A DNA stretch of 45,502 nt, the filler included, from Sporopachydermia quercuum (Eukaryota): assembly GCA_001599295.1 (NCBI GenBank). It is 7 parts of 6 records of this genome, joined end to end, with 100 filler letters (N's around TTAATTAATTAA, not from the genome) between each part and the next. Parts side by side here need not be neighbours in the genome. Positions count along the whole stretch, not along the records: positions 43,968 to 45,502 come from BCGN01000015.1; 6 more parts are not named here. One strand, given 5' to 3'. The position numbers and the translations under genes are program-made. Shown piece after piece: positions 43,968 through 45,502 of the stretch (within the stretch, counting starts at the first letter, position 1; every line of letters starts with the position of its first letter). The notes under the pieces are model-generated. The model saw only the letters and a program-made list of their open reading frames with translations. It was not told where the DNA came from and did not search any database.

Positions 43968-45502
43968 ATTCACCATCTTCCTCTGGTACGTCTGTAGTTG
44001 GTGCTGGCACACTATTAGTTTCAGTGTTGCTTAGACTGTCGCTGGTCAGTATTTCACTGGAAGCGAGGCTTGCAACACTTGTGAGCTCAGATGCTTGTGG
44101 AATGCTGCTTGGTCCGTTAGATTGCTCTTCACTAGCTAAGGTTGTTCTTCCTTCAGAAACAGTGGAATCTTGGCCAGACTGTGTAGCAAAACTACTAGAA
44201 GTTGTTGGGGAGATTGAAGAAACACCCTGTGAGTTTTGGAACTCAGAGCATCCGGCAGGAATACAATAAATAGAACTTCGAGCAGTGTCCCAGTCCAAGC
44301 AGTAGGATGAAATTTTGATTCCAATGTATGAACCCCAGTTTGGTGTTCCTCCAATTCCTGCTGGGCAATGATTTTCGAATCCTGTGATCTGTAGACTGCC
44401 TTCTGGTAAGCAGAGGCTTTCACCGTCATTCACTAAATCAATCTCCATCTCAACCTCGAAACTTGCAGGATCAGAGATTTCATCAACTTGCCATGGGTTA
44501 CAGTTATCTTTTTGCAAAAGCGTTTTTGTCGAACTGCCAAAATTGATGTTCATGCTGTTCACGTCTAATTTATTAGTCACGGAAGACTTTGCTTGCAAAG
44601 TAACAAGATACTTGTTCCCCGCCACTTGTTTGTAGTCTATAGGAATAATGTCATCAACATCTTTCAAAGCGTTCGGACATTTTTGATAAGGCTTACACTC
44701 GCTTGTATCTTTGTCTGTCTCTGTATTTTCTGGATCTAGTGTCTGTGCTGGGGTTGGTTCTGCAGAAGTAGAAGGTTGTAATGAACTACTAGCTGCTGTA
44801 CTTGTCACAACAGGCGATGCTTCACTTTGCTCTCCAGCGTCAGTTCCAGTTCCTGAAGGTGCGGGTGAGCTACCAGCTGATCCGCATGATCCACTAGTAG
44901 ATGTTTTTGGAATGCGGTATAAAGGTGAATACGCTTGCGCCAAGTTGTAATTGTCTGCACTACATGAAGTCCATGGATCATACGAATTAAGATTACCTGA
45001 ACATTGTCCAGGAATTTCCAGCGATTCACCATTAGGACACATATTTCCACAGACATCAAAATGTATCTTGACAGAAGGAAATTCAAGCTCATCTCCTTTA
45101 TCAACTAAATCCATATCCATAGTGAATTGGAAATCTTTCACATCACTGATTCCTGTGTTTACCTTGAACGTACAGTCATTTGCTCCTTGTCTACTCAATA
45201 GTAAGTAGGTTGAAGGATTATCGACTCGTATTTCTCTGATATCGTTCAGTGTCATTGACGTATTAGGAATCTTGATATTATATGTCACAGAGTATCGGTT
45301 GCCCGAGACTTGGGAGTACGCAATTGGCTTCATAATGGTGTATGGTGTATTAGCAGCTCTGGGTATATCTCCGAAAATGACTTCAGGACAAGCATTTGTA
45401 ATAGAACATTCACCATCTTCCTCTGGTACGTCTGTAGTTGGTGCTGGCACACTATTAGTTTCAGTGTTGCTTAGACTGTCGCTGGTCAGTATTTCACTGG
45501 AA
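43968..45502 (-). CDS. Internal segment of a multi-domain Flo11-like adhesin (linker-domain-linker-domain-linker)
   Basis: Open throughout; two Cys-rich domains (CSITNACPEVIF…PSVKIHFD; CKPYQKCP…ISDPASFEV…IYCIPAGC). Both ends carry the same 95 bp (SSEILTSDSLSNTETNSVPAPTTDVPEEDGE) as 32340-32434. Confidence 0.85.

Overview
AT-rich budding-yeast (Saccharomycotina-like) DNA that uses the standard code (CTG falls at conserved Leu positions). The window is not one locus. It is seven short contigs/scaffolds joined by artificial N44-TTAATTAATTAA-N44 spacers, and three contig ends carry a correctly oriented 11-bp telomeric repeat (GGGAGGTAGTT)n, so much of it is subtelomeric accessory DNA. Contents: an RTA1-like gene and a frameshifted Zn2Cys6 factor; tandem JLP1/TauD sulfonate dioxygenases; a three-gene catabolic module (Zn-cluster regulator, salicylate-hydroxylase-type FAD monooxygenase, Tna1/Dal5-type MFS permease); a telomere-adjacent orphan repeat protein; xylose reductase; a duplicated cytochrome P450; back-to-back relics of a mutarotase and an amino-acid oxidase; a third Zn-cluster factor; tandem DUF2235 (Tle1-like) genes; and an array of divergent Flo11-domain adhesins. 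The main signals not visible in the ORF track are: (1) a hidden exon giving the module regulator TWO Zn2Cys6 clusters with an AT-hook between them, near a (CGGAGA)4 array in the adjacent divergent promoter; (2) a GC-AG intron that rescues the DUF2235 gene; (3) a multi-domain, Trp-poor, Cys-rich Flo11-like adhesin; (4) P450 ambiguity sites concentrated at substrate-recognition regions. Family calls come from motif recognition by eye, with no database searches.
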